Below, piece after piece: positions 5,484 through 14,002 of a DNA stretch of 34,056 bases. The position numbers and the translations under genes are program-made. This stretch comes from a virus (Duplodnaviria > Heunggongvirae > Uroviricota > Caudoviricetes). The notes under the pieces were generated by a model that did not search any database, was not told the DNA's origin, and saw only the letters and a list, made by a program, of their open reading frames with translations. The DNA lies in the IMG/VR virus record IMGVR_UViG_3300023184_000047, positions 1 through 34,056 of that record; one strand, written 5' to 3'. Every line of letters starts with the position of its first letter. Positions within the stretch are counted from its first letter, which is position 1.

Positions 5484-6188
5484 ATGAACAATCAAAAAAC
5501 ATTTATGTTAGTTTTAACCTCAATCGTTTTACTTATTGCAGGTTATGGAATTTATGTAGAGAAGAATATAAAAGCTTCTGCTACTACAATATTGGAGGAT
5601 AGATTAAAACCTGTACCTCTTATCTCTCACAGATTTGATTATTACGGAACTACCATTCAGGATAACTTCTCAAGTAATGTTGTGAACTATGAACAGTTAT
5701 TAGCTAATAGAGGAGAAATACAAAAAGTTAAAAAAGAAACTGAAGAAGGGTGGGAGACTTATAAAGCAACATATTTAACTCCTGAAGAAGCAAAACTTGT
5801 AGATCATGCACAAGAAGGAATGGATGAGGTTGATGCTTTAGTTAGTATGTTACTTGAAAAAGCAGTTACTAATAGAAAAGCAGTAGATAGTATACTTAAG
5901 ACAGGAATACTAAATGAAAAGATTACTCCTGTACTTGATGATACAAATGCTTTAATGGATTTACAAACAGAGGTAGGTAAGCAAGAAACTATAAAAATGA
6001 TTGACTTACTTAAGAACTTCTCAAACTTTATGATGGGGGCTTTAGCTCTAGCCATTGTACTGTTAGGTTCTATTATATATCCAATGATAAAGAAACCAGC
6101 AGAACAACCAAAAACAAGAAGAAAAACTCCAATTAAAAAACCTGCAGCTAAAAAAACAACAACAACTAGAAGAACAGTTAAAAAATAA
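5484..6188 (+). CDS. TM - chemoreceptor four-helix-bundle (4HB_MCP_1-like) - TM protein with no signalling domain
   Basis: TM1 then ILEDRLKP, WETYKATYLTPEEAKL, NALMDLQ, TM2, and a short K/R/T-rich tail. Confidence 0.75.
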   Translation: MNNQKTFMLVLTSIVLLIAGYGIYVEKNIKASATTILEDRLKPVPLISHRFDYYGTTIQDNFSSNVVNYEQLLANRGEIQKVKKETEEGWETYKATYLTPEEAKLVDHAQEGMDEVDALVSMLLEKAVTNRKAVDSILKTGILNEKITPVLDDTNALMDLQTEVGKQETIKMIDLLKNFSNFMMGALALAIVLLGSIIYPMIKKPAEQPKTRRKTPIKKPAAKKTTTTRRTVKK

Positions 6189-6628
6189 TGAAGAAACTTT
6201 TTATTTTTATTATATTACTTGTGTCTATGATGAGTTATTCTCAAACTAAGCACTATGTATGTTTTGCACCAAATATAGCTTTTAATTCAACCGTTAAAGA
6301 TGTAAATAATTTATTGGGATGTACTGTAGAAGTAGGAAAGTATATAGGAGATAGTGCAATAGGAATTACCACAGGATTTTATTCCTTACAAAGCAATTCA
6401 TTATACTCAGAGTTAATTGTAACTGTTCCTATTAGTAAAGAACTTCCAATTACAGTATCAGCAGGAATAGGATGGTTCTATTTTCAAAAAGATATTACAA
6501 TGGAATATGATATTAATTATGCCTTTCGGCTTAGGGACGATCTATCGCTTATAGTAACCTATAATGCTCAAAGTGCTTTTGGAACGACTGTGCAAGCTTT
6601 TTGTATAGGATTAAATAAGGATTTCTAA
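6188..6628 (+). CDS. Secreted protein, probable small outer-membrane beta-barrel
   Basis: Signal peptide MKKLFIFIILLVSMMSYSQ; alternating beta-strand pattern; C-terminal GLNKDF ending in Phe. Confidence 0.55.
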   Translation: MKKLFIFIILLVSMMSYSQTKHYVCFAPNIAFNSTVKDVNNLLGCTVEVGKYIGDSAIGITTGFYSLQSNSLYSELIVTVPISKELPITVSAGIGWFYFQKDITMEYDINYAFRLRDDLSLIVTYNAQSAFGTTVQAFCIGLNKDF

Positions 6629-6655
6629 TTAAATATTTATTATAAATAAAATAGT

Positions 6656-7267
6656 ATGAGTCTAAAATCACTACAAACTAAAATTGGAGTAACGGCAGAC
6701 GGAGTATTTGGTCCAGGTACAATGAAAAAAGCAATGGAGTTTTATAAACTAACTCCAGTTAGAGCAGCACATTTCTTTGCTCAAACAGCACACGAAACAG
6801 GAGGGTTTAAAGCATTTGCAGAAAATTTAAACTACTCAGCAGAAGGATTACAAGGTATCTTTGGAAAATATTTCCCAGGTAATTTAGAAGAATCTTACGC
6901 TAGAAATCCTGAAAAAATTGCTAACAGAGTTTATGCATCAAGAATGGGTAATGGAGCAGAAGCTTCAGGAGATGGATGGAAATTTAGAGGAAGAGGTGCT
7001 CTTCAATTAACTGGAAAAGACAACTATACAGCTTTTGCCCAGTATTTACAAAAACCGGAGATCATGACTACCCCAGATCTAGTAGCAACTACTTACTCAT
7101 TTGAATCAGCAATGTTTTTCTTTGATAAAAATAAATTGTGGTCAATATGTGACCAAGGAATCAATGATGCCGCTATCTTAGCTCTTACAAAAAGAATTAA
7201 CGGTGGTACTCATGGGTTAGCAGATCGCTCAGAGAAAACTAAAAAATATTACGAATATATTAAATAA
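6656..7267 (+). CDS. Endolysin, glycoside hydrolase family 19 with N-terminal peptidoglycan-binding motif
   Basis: LQTKIGVTADGVFGPGT; AHFFAQTAHETGGF; FRGRGALQLTGKDNY; RINGGTHGLADR. Confidence 0.92.
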   Translation: MSLKSLQTKIGVTADGVFGPGTMKKAMEFYKLTPVRAAHFFAQTAHETGGFKAFAENLNYSAEGLQGIFGKYFPGNLEESYARNPEKIANRVYASRMGNGAEASGDGWKFRGRGALQLTGKDNYTAFAQYLQKPEIMTTPDLVATTYSFESAMFFFDKNKLWSICDQGINDAAILALTKRINGGTHGLADRSEKTKKYYEYIK

Positions 7268-7278
7268 GTTGCCATAAG

Positions 7279-7698
7279 ATGAAAACATCACTATTAATTA
7301 CATTATCATTGACAACAGCATTAGCATTTATTGGTACATATTTTATGCACCTAACAGCAGATAACATCGAACAATTCTTAGCAGTTGGGTTGGTTGTCTT
7401 TGCTGATGGTTTCTTTGGTATATGGGCAGGAGTTAAAAGAGAAGGTTTTCAAACTTGTAAAGCATTAAAGGTATTAAAGACATTTGGATTTTGGATGGTA
7501 ATGTTGGCTTGTATTCTTTCAATTGAAAAAGGATTTACAGGAACAAGTTGGTTAAGTGAAACTATCATAGCACCATTTATGGTATTCCAACTAATATCAA
7601 TACTAAAAAATGCTTCAATGGTAGGAGTTGTTAAGAATGAATTACTAACTCAAATATTAGACAGACTAGACAAACATAAAGGAGAAAGAAATACCTAA
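7279..7698 (+). CDS. Phage holin (Phage_holin_4-like)
   Basis: Multi-TM; DGFFGIWAG..EGF and FQLISILKNA pattern; directly after the endolysin. Confidence 0.75.
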   Translation: MKTSLLITLSLTTALAFIGTYFMHLTADNIEQFLAVGLVVFADGFFGIWAGVKREGFQTCKALKVLKTFGFWMVMLACILSIEKGFTGTSWLSETIIAPFMVFQLISILKNASMVGVVKNELLTQILDRLDKHKGERNT

Positions 7699-7722
7699 AA
7701 TAAACAAAATTTTATTAAGCTT

Positions 7723-7748
7723 GGTTGGATATTGTCCAACCTTTTCTT
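7723..7748 (+). terminator. Intrinsic terminator ending the lysis cassette
   Basis: GGTTGGAT-ATT-GTCCAACC hairpin followed by TTTTCTT. Confidence 0.65.
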
Positions 7749-7755
7749 ATCTTTA
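7748..7755 (+). promoter_or_regulatory. Bacteroidetes-type -7 promoter box TATCTTTA (similar TATATTTA at 16660 and 19276)
   Basis: Matches TAnnTTTG with a final A; GTTG/TTTG -33-like element 20 nt upstream at 7724 and 19252. Confidence 0.55.
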
Positions 7756-7771
7756 CAAAAATTAATAATAA

Positions 7772-8545
7772 ATGAAAAGAATAGAAGATTATAATAAAAC
7801 ACTTCCCGTTGTAGAGCTTTATACAGCTGTACAATCAGAAGGAAGTAGAGCAGGTTATCCAACAGTAGTAATCAGAACAACAGGGTGTACTCACAGATGT
7901 TGGTTTGGTGAAGGTGGATGGTGCGATTCTTGGTACACAAGTATCCATCCTGAGAAAGGGCATATTAGTTTCCAAGACATTATTAACATGTACGATGCAA
8001 ATCCTCACATCACAGAGATGATGTTAACAGGAGGATCACCAACTATGCACCCAGCATTAGTAAACGAACTAACACATTTTGCACATGAAAGAAAAATATT
8101 TATCACTATTGAAACTGAAGGAAGTCATTTTCTGGAGACTGACTATCCTATTAATTTACTTTCCATATCACCTAAGTTTAGTAATTCGGTTCCTAAAATC
8201 GGAGTACTTACTCCTCAAGGAGCGGTTACGGATGAGAAAATGATTACTCAACACAACAAGTTAAGACTTAATTATGATGCCATTTCAAAATCAATCTCTT
8301 ACCATTCTGATTATCACTTAAAACCAGTATGGGATGGAGAGGATCAAGAAGCATTAGCTGAAATTATGGCTTGCATTAAAATGTTAGACATTCCAGAAGA
8401 CAAAGTATGGTTCATGCCAGCAGGAGATTCAAGAGAAGCTTTATTCAAATCATATCCAAAAATGTTTGATTGGGTAAGAGATAATGGTTATAGATTGACC
8501 TGGAGACCTCACATCATTGCATTTGAAGATCAAAGAGAAGTATAA
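7772..8545 (+). CDS. queE: 7-carboxy-7-deazaguanine synthase QueE (radical SAM)
   Basis: LYTAVQSEGSRAGYPTVVIRTTGC, CTHRC...WCDS, LTGGSP, TIETEG, SISPK. Confidence 0.9.
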   Translation: MKRIEDYNKTLPVVELYTAVQSEGSRAGYPTVVIRTTGCTHRCWFGEGGWCDSWYTSIHPEKGHISFQDIINMYDANPHITEMMLTGGSPTMHPALVNELTHFAHERKIFITIETEGSHFLETDYPINLLSISPKFSNSVPKIGVLTPQGAVTDEKMITQHNKLRLNYDAISKSISYHSDYHLKPVWDGEDQEALAEIMACIKMLDIPEDKVWFMPAGDSREALFKSYPKMFDWVRDNGYRLTWRPHIIAFEDQREV

Positions 8546-8760
8546 TGAGATTAAAAGAAGCACATATGACAGAATTTGATTTACTAAATTCACTTTGGTG
8601 GTTATGGTGTAATCAAAAAATTAGTATAGGTGATGTAAAATTCTATGTAAAAGATTTGGATCTTGAATTAGACTTTATTACATTAGACGGATATAAATTT
8701 ATAAGTACAGATAAAAAAACAACTTATTCTTATGACAGAAAACAGAAAAAAGATTCATAA
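8545..8760 (+). CDS. Hypothetical protein, 71 aa
   Basis: ORF track; TAATG coupling with queE. Confidence 0.6.
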   Translation: MRLKEAHMTEFDLLNSLWWLWCNQKISIGDVKFYVKDLDLELDFITLDGYKFISTDKKTTYSYDRKQKKDS

Positions 8761-9427
8761 CGATTTAGAAATCGTTCCTGTAGGTTATGCAAACGGTGTA
8801 GCACCAGGTTTTCCATTTACCGAAAAAGAAAAACAATCTATGATTGAAGACGCTGCTAAGGCATATGGTAAATTCTTAGATGCATTAGGGTGTGATTGGA
8901 AAAACGATCCTAATAGTGATAACACTCCAATGAGAGTAGCTAAAGCCTATGTTAATGACTTATGGAAAGGTAGATATACAGCAATGTCTGAAATTACTTC
9001 ATTTCCTTCTGATGGTTATGATGGAATCGTAATTGAAAGAAACATTCCATTAACTTCAATGTGTTCACATCACCATCAAACCATTGGAGGAGTAGTTCAT
9101 ATTGGTTATGTAGTAGGTGAAAATGGTAGAGTAATTGGTTTATCCAAATTAAACAGAATAGTGGAACTATTTGGTAGAAGAGGAGCAATACAAGAACAAT
9201 TAACTTCTGCTATTCATAATGCAGTAGATAAAATTTGTGAAAACAATAGAGGTGTAATTGTAACTGTAGTAGGTACTCACAACTGTGTTTCATGTAGAGG
9301 AGTTAGACATCAAGGTGCTTCAATGGTTACAACTAAAGCAGCAGGTGTGTTTATGGAAAATGGGAATTTAGCTCGTGAAGAGTTTTTTGATTCAATCAAA
9401 ATTAATAACGGAACACACCCAGTATAA
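8732..9427 (+). CDS. folE: GTP cyclohydrolase I
   Basis: TPMRVAK, SMCSHHH, GLSKLNRIV, QEQLT, HNCVSCRGV. Confidence 0.96.
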   Translation: MTENRKKIHNDLEIVPVGYANGVAPGFPFTEKEKQSMIEDAAKAYGKFLDALGCDWKNDPNSDNTPMRVAKAYVNDLWKGRYTAMSEITSFPSDGYDGIVIERNIPLTSMCSHHHQTIGGVVHIGYVVGENGRVIGLSKLNRIVELFGRRGAIQEQLTSAIHNAVDKICENNRGVIVTVVGTHNCVSCRGVRHQGASMVTTKAAGVFMENGNLAREEFFDSIKINNGTHPV

Positions 9428-9828
9428 TGGCTCTAACAATAAATAATAAAATCTATTTAGATTGGGATGATGTTAATGATTTAGTTAATACTCTTTGTGA
9501 AAAAATCATCATTGATCTTCCTAATATTGATTCAATTTATGGTATTAAACGAGGTGGGTTAATCCCCGCCGTATTAATATCGCATAAATTAGGTTTACCA
9601 TGGTCTGACGTGATGTTACCTAATACATTAGTTATAGATGATATTGCTGATACCGGAGAAACATTAAAGAATACAATAGGTTGCTATACAGCAGTATTGC
9701 ATTATAAACCCCATACATCATGTTATATGCCTAATTTATGGGCGTATGTGCATGAAGGAGATGAATGGATTATTTATCCATGGGAACGAAAAGATTCACA
9801 ACCAATACAAGATTATTTAAACAAATAA
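9427..9828 (+). CDS. Type I purine phosphoribosyltransferase (Gpt/XGPRT-like)
   Basis: GIKRGGLIPA, PRPP-binding LVIDDIADTGETL, WIIYPWE. Confidence 0.88.
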   Translation: MALTINNKIYLDWDDVNDLVNTLCEKIIIDLPNIDSIYGIKRGGLIPAVLISHKLGLPWSDVMLPNTLVIDDIADTGETLKNTIGCYTAVLHYKPHTSCYMPNLWAYVHEGDEWIIYPWERKDSQPIQDYLNK

Positions 9829-9831
9829 ATT

Positions 9832-10356
9832 ATGATTACAAATCCAAAAGTACCTTTTATTGACGAGGTAGAAGAATTTAACACCGTAATGGGTAAACCA
9901 AACAACTATGAATCAACAATCCCCGAAAGAAAAGAATGGGAATTTGTATACAATTTCATCCTTGAGGAATTGGAAGAATATAGAGAAGCTTGCGAAAGAG
10001 GAGACATCGTTGAGGTTCTGGATGCTTTGTGCGATATTACTTATGTTTCCCTTGGGAACGGTGCTATGTTACATGGCCTTAAGGATAAGATATGGCCAGC
10101 ATATCAAGAGGTACAAGCATCAAATATGTCAAAAGCTTGCAAAACAGAAGACGAAGCTTTACAAACTGTCATTAAGAGAACGGTCGAACAAAATGAAGCA
10201 TGTCATCATGAAAAAGTTGGAGACTATTATATCGTCTATAGAACAAGAGATAGAAAAGTAATGAAAAATATCAATTACTTTAGACCAAATTTAAAACAAT
10301 TTTTTACAGACAAAGAAATTCAAAAATCACATTTAAAACAATTAACAGGAATCTAA
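9832..10356 (+). CDS. MazG-like / PRA-PH-family nucleoside triphosphate pyrophosphohydrolase
   Basis: EVEEFN, ILEELEEY, EVLDALCDITYV, EVQASNMSK. Confidence 0.85.
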   Translation: MITNPKVPFIDEVEEFNTVMGKPNNYESTIPERKEWEFVYNFILEELEEYREACERGDIVEVLDALCDITYVSLGNGAMLHGLKDKIWPAYQEVQASNMSKACKTEDEALQTVIKRTVEQNEACHHEKVGDYYIVYRTRDRKVMKNINYFRPNLKQFFTDKEIQKSHLKQLTGI

Positions 10357-10372
10357 TTTAAAAACAAAAAAC

Positions 10373-10687
10373 ATGACAACAGCAGTATTAATTTTAGTAG
10401 GAATAATAGCAATCGCAGCCTATCTAACACACACCCTTGACAAAAACAACGAATTACCAACAGTACAGCCTTATACAAAAGAGGAACTAGAAAACATTAA
10501 ACTTGCCGAAGAATTATACGACAAGGATTTAAGACCAGTAGTAGCTAAGAAAACCAAACCAAAACCAGCACCAGAACTTAAAGCAGTTGAACCGGAATTT
10601 ATACCAAAGGAAGCTAAATCTGAGTTCCCAATTGATAAGCCAGCAAAGAAAAAAAGAAAATATTATCCTAAAAAGAAAAAACAATAA
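10373..10687 (+). CDS. Hypothetical protein with N-terminal TM and basic tail
   Basis: ORF track; hydrophobic residues 3-17; ends KKKRKYYPKKKKQ. Confidence 0.7.
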   Translation: MTTAVLILVGIIAIAAYLTHTLDKNNELPTVQPYTKEELENIKLAEELYDKDLRPVVAKKTKPKPAPELKAVEPEFIPKEAKSEFPIDKPAKKKRKYYPKKKKQ

Positions 10688-10712
10688 TATTTATAAAATA
10701 TAAATAAACGTT

Positions 10713-11993
10713 ATGTCTGTTAAAAAGGTTTCGAAGGAACTAATATTTGTTCAAATAGCATCATATAGAGATCCTGAATTATTACCCACTATTAAAGATT
10801 GTTTAGCCAATGCTAAATATCCTGAAAATCTACGCATTTGTATTGCTTGGCAACACGCTGAAGAAGATACATGGGATAATTTAGATGATTATAAAAACGA
10901 TCCACGTTTTAAAATAATGGACATCCATTATAAAGATGCTAAAGGAGTATGTTGGGCTAGAAATAGATTACAAAGACACTATAACGGAGAAAAATACACA
11001 TTACATTTAGATTCTCATCACCGGTTCTCTAAGGACTGGGATGAGACCCTAATTAATATGCTAAAAAATCTCCAAAAGAAAGGTCATAAAAAACCACTAC
11101 TTACTGCCTATCTACCAGGATATTTCCCTAATAATGATCCTGAAGGGCGTAATAATGAAGTATGGTTTACCAATTGTGATAGATATATGCCTGAAGGGCC
11201 TATCTTTATTGCCCCTGGTCATGTACAAGATTGGGAAACTTTTAAAGAACCAATACCCGCTAGATTTTATTCAGGACATTTTGGGTTTACTTTAGGTGAA
11301 TTTACTCACGATGTACCTCACGACCCAGAACTTTATTTTCATGGGGAAGAAACATCTATATCTGCTCGAGCATTTACTCACGGATATGATTTATTTCACC
11401 CTCACATTCCTGTTATTTGGCATGAATACACTAGAGATGGAAAAAAACGCCATTGGGACGATCATCAATTTTCTCCATTAGATAAAGCTTCATTTAAAAA
11501 GTATAGAGCATTATTTGGTATAGACGGTGAAAGTAGAGAAGGTATGGATTTTGTCGGGTTTGATCTAGGAAAAGAACGTACATTAGCCGAATTTGAACGT
11601 TATATCGGAGTAGATTTTAAAGGTAAACGAATTCAAAAGCACACATCTGAACAAAAAATGCTTCCTATACCTGAAATGACAGAAGAAGAATGGGAATCAA
11701 ATTTTGTAAATCGTTTTAAATATTGTATTGATCTTTATAAACCCTCTGTACCTGATGAAGATTATGATTGTTGGGTAATAGCATTTAAAGATAAAGACGG
11801 TGTTGAGATAGCTAGAATGGATGCTGATATAAATGAAATCGCTCAAATTAAACAATCTAATCCTGGTGGTCACTTCTACAACATATGGAGAGAATTTGAC
11901 TGTTTAGAACACCCTAAAAGCTGGTTATTATGGCCACACAGCCCATCTAAAGAATGGGATCATGAAATTATACAAAATGAAATACCTTACTAA
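10713..11993 (+). CDS. Gnt1/GT60-like polypeptide GlcNAc-transferase, paralog 1
   Basis: IFVQIASYRD, GVCWARN, LDSHHRF, LTAYLP, FHGEE, WHEY. Confidence 0.85.
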   Translation: MSVKKVSKELIFVQIASYRDPELLPTIKDCLANAKYPENLRICIAWQHAEEDTWDNLDDYKNDPRFKIMDIHYKDAKGVCWARNRLQRHYNGEKYTLHLDSHHRFSKDWDETLINMLKNLQKKGHKKPLLTAYLPGYFPNNDPEGRNNEVWFTNCDRYMPEGPIFIAPGHVQDWETFKEPIPARFYSGHFGFTLGEFTHDVPHDPELYFHGEETSISARAFTHGYDLFHPHIPVIWHEYTRDGKKRHWDDHQFSPLDKASFKKYRALFGIDGESREGMDFVGFDLGKERTLAEFERYIGVDFKGKRIQKHTSEQKMLPIPEMTEEEWESNFVNRFKYCIDLYKPSVPDEDYDCWVIAFKDKDGVEIARMDADINEIAQIKQSNPGGHFYNIWREFDCLEHPKSWLLWPHSPSKEWDHEIIQNEIPY

Positions 11994-13279
11994 TGAAAAA
12001 ACCAAATAGTAGAAAAATATTTATTCATTTACCAGCATATAGAGAACCAGAATTAATTCCAACAATTAAATCGGCTTTAGAAAATGCTAAGTATCCAAAA
12101 CGTTTAGTATTTGGTATTTGTAGACAATTTAATCCTGAAGATGGGTTTGACAATATTGATGAGTATAGAGATGATAAACGTTTTAAAATTATAGATATAC
12201 CTTACGAGCAAGCTAAGGGATTACCTTATGCTCGTTATCAAATTAACACATTGTTAACTGATGAAGAATATATTTGTCAATTAGATTCACATCATAGATT
12301 TGCACAAGATTGGGACGTTACATTAATTGAAATGCACGATCAATTAAAAGCTAAAGGACATAAAAAACCTATATTAGCTGCTTATTTACCTTACTACAAT
12401 CCATTTAACGATCCTGCTGAACGTACTATGGAACCATGGCAACAAACATTTGCTTGTTTCTACCCTCACGGTACTATATTTATCCAACCTTCATTATTAC
12501 ACGGATGGGAAAATATGACTGAACCACCACCATCAAGATTCTTATCAGGGCATTTTAGCTTTGCTGATGGACATTGGGCTAAAACAGTTTTACATGATGC
12601 TGATATCTTCTTTAGCGGTGAGGAATTAAATTTAACTGTACGTTCTTATACTCACGGTTATGATATGTTCCACCCTCATAAATTAGTTATATGGCATGCT
12701 ACTATGAGAGAAGAACGTAGTGGTAAATTAGTGTGGGACGACCAATCTAAACGAGGTGAAGATTGGTGGACTCAACAAGATATCGCTAGATCTAAAATTA
12801 GACAGTTACTTCAAACCGAAGACAATGGGTTTGATTTAGGTGAATATGGTTTAGGAACAGAACGTACTTTAAGAGATTACGAAAAATATGCTGGTATACA
12901 CTTTAAAAATAGATCAGTACAAAAATATACTTTAGACCATAATTATCCTCCTAACCCATATTATTTAGATGATCAAGAATGGGAAAATTCATTTATGTTT
13001 TCCTTTTATCACTTAATCCAATTTAGTAAAGCTACATTTAAACATGATGATTATGATTTTTGGATTTGTGCCTTTGATGATGAAAATGGAGAGCCTATTT
13101 GGAGAGAAGATTACCAAGAACATCAAATCAGAAACATACTAAGTTCCCCAGGTGATTGGTATAGTGAAGAAAAATTCTTCCTAACTGAAAAAATTCCTAC
13201 TCGTTGGGTAGTTTGGGCACATAGTAAATCTCAGGGGTGGGTAGAGCGAATTGAAGAACAAGTTAATTATAAAAAATAA
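11993..13279 (+). CDS. Gnt1/GT60-like polypeptide GlcNAc-transferase, paralog 2
   Basis: IFIHLPAYRE, GLPYARY, LDSHHRF, LAAYLP, FSGEE; colinear with paralog 1. Confidence 0.85.
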   Translation: MKKPNSRKIFIHLPAYREPELIPTIKSALENAKYPKRLVFGICRQFNPEDGFDNIDEYRDDKRFKIIDIPYEQAKGLPYARYQINTLLTDEEYICQLDSHHRFAQDWDVTLIEMHDQLKAKGHKKPILAAYLPYYNPFNDPAERTMEPWQQTFACFYPHGTIFIQPSLLHGWENMTEPPPSRFLSGHFSFADGHWAKTVLHDADIFFSGEELNLTVRSYTHGYDMFHPHKLVIWHATMREERSGKLVWDDQSKRGEDWWTQQDIARSKIRQLLQTEDNGFDLGEYGLGTERTLRDYEKYAGIHFKNRSVQKYTLDHNYPPNPYYLDDQEWENSFMFSFYHLIQFSKATFKHDDYDFWICAFDDENGEPIWREDYQEHQIRNILSSPGDWYSEEKFFLTEKIPTRWVVWAHSKSQGWVERIEEQVNYKK

Positions 13280-13282
13280 ATA

Positions 13283-13981
13283 ATGGATCTAAATATATTA
13301 AAACCAAAAAATACTAATCATAAAAAAATTAGACTAGGTCCCCCAGAGGATGGGGGGTATGTAATGCCCGAAATTGTACTTGAAACTTGTACTGCTTTAT
13401 TTACATACGGAGTAGGAAATGAAATTCGATATGAATTAGAATTTGCTCAAAAATATAATAAACCTGTCCATATGTTTGATCATACAATAGGTAGAGAAAA
13501 CTATTCAATAAATGAACTTATACATTTCTATGCTGAAGGTTTAGGGTTTGAAGAAAAATGTAAAGATGTAATTGAACATTATGATGAATTAAAAATAGAA
13601 GGTGATATTTTTTTAAAAATTGATATTGAGGGCGCTGAATATGATTATTTGTTGCAAATTAATATTAAAAAAATAGCATCTTTTACAAATGGTATTAATT
13701 TAGAAATCCATTGGATAGATGATATTAATAATAGAAACAAACTTATTCAAGTATTGGATAGTTTAGCTCCTTATTTTACATTATGTCATATTCATGGAAA
13801 TAACTGGGGGGGTTTATGGCAATATAAAGGATTTGATATACCAAAAGTACTTGAATTATCCTTTATAAATAAAAAATTAGTAGAATTAGAAGAAGAAGAT
13901 AAACAAACTTACCCAATTAATGGGTTAGATGTAGCTAATAATCCTAATGTTCCTGATTATTTATTAACTTATATAAATTAA
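13283..13981 (+). CDS. FkbM/Methyltransf_22-like SAM methyltransferase
   Basis: RLGPPEDGGY, TYGVGNE, FLKIDIEGAEY, HIHGNN, ELSF. Confidence 0.8.
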   Translation: MDLNILKPKNTNHKKIRLGPPEDGGYVMPEIVLETCTALFTYGVGNEIRYELEFAQKYNKPVHMFDHTIGRENYSINELIHFYAEGLGFEEKCKDVIEHYDELKIEGDIFLKIDIEGAEYDYLLQINIKKIASFTNGINLEIHWIDDINNRNKLIQVLDSLAPYFTLCHIHGNNWGGLWQYKGFDIPKVLELSFINKKLVELEEEDKQTYPINGLDVANNPNVPDYLLTYIN

Positions 13982-14002
13982 TATTAATAAACTATAAAAA
14001 TT

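Noticed and set aside
9908-11481. Alternative-frame + strand ORFs 9908-10261 and 11296-11481
   Set aside because: Nested in conserved enzymes; stop-poor off-frames are expected, and there are no motifs.
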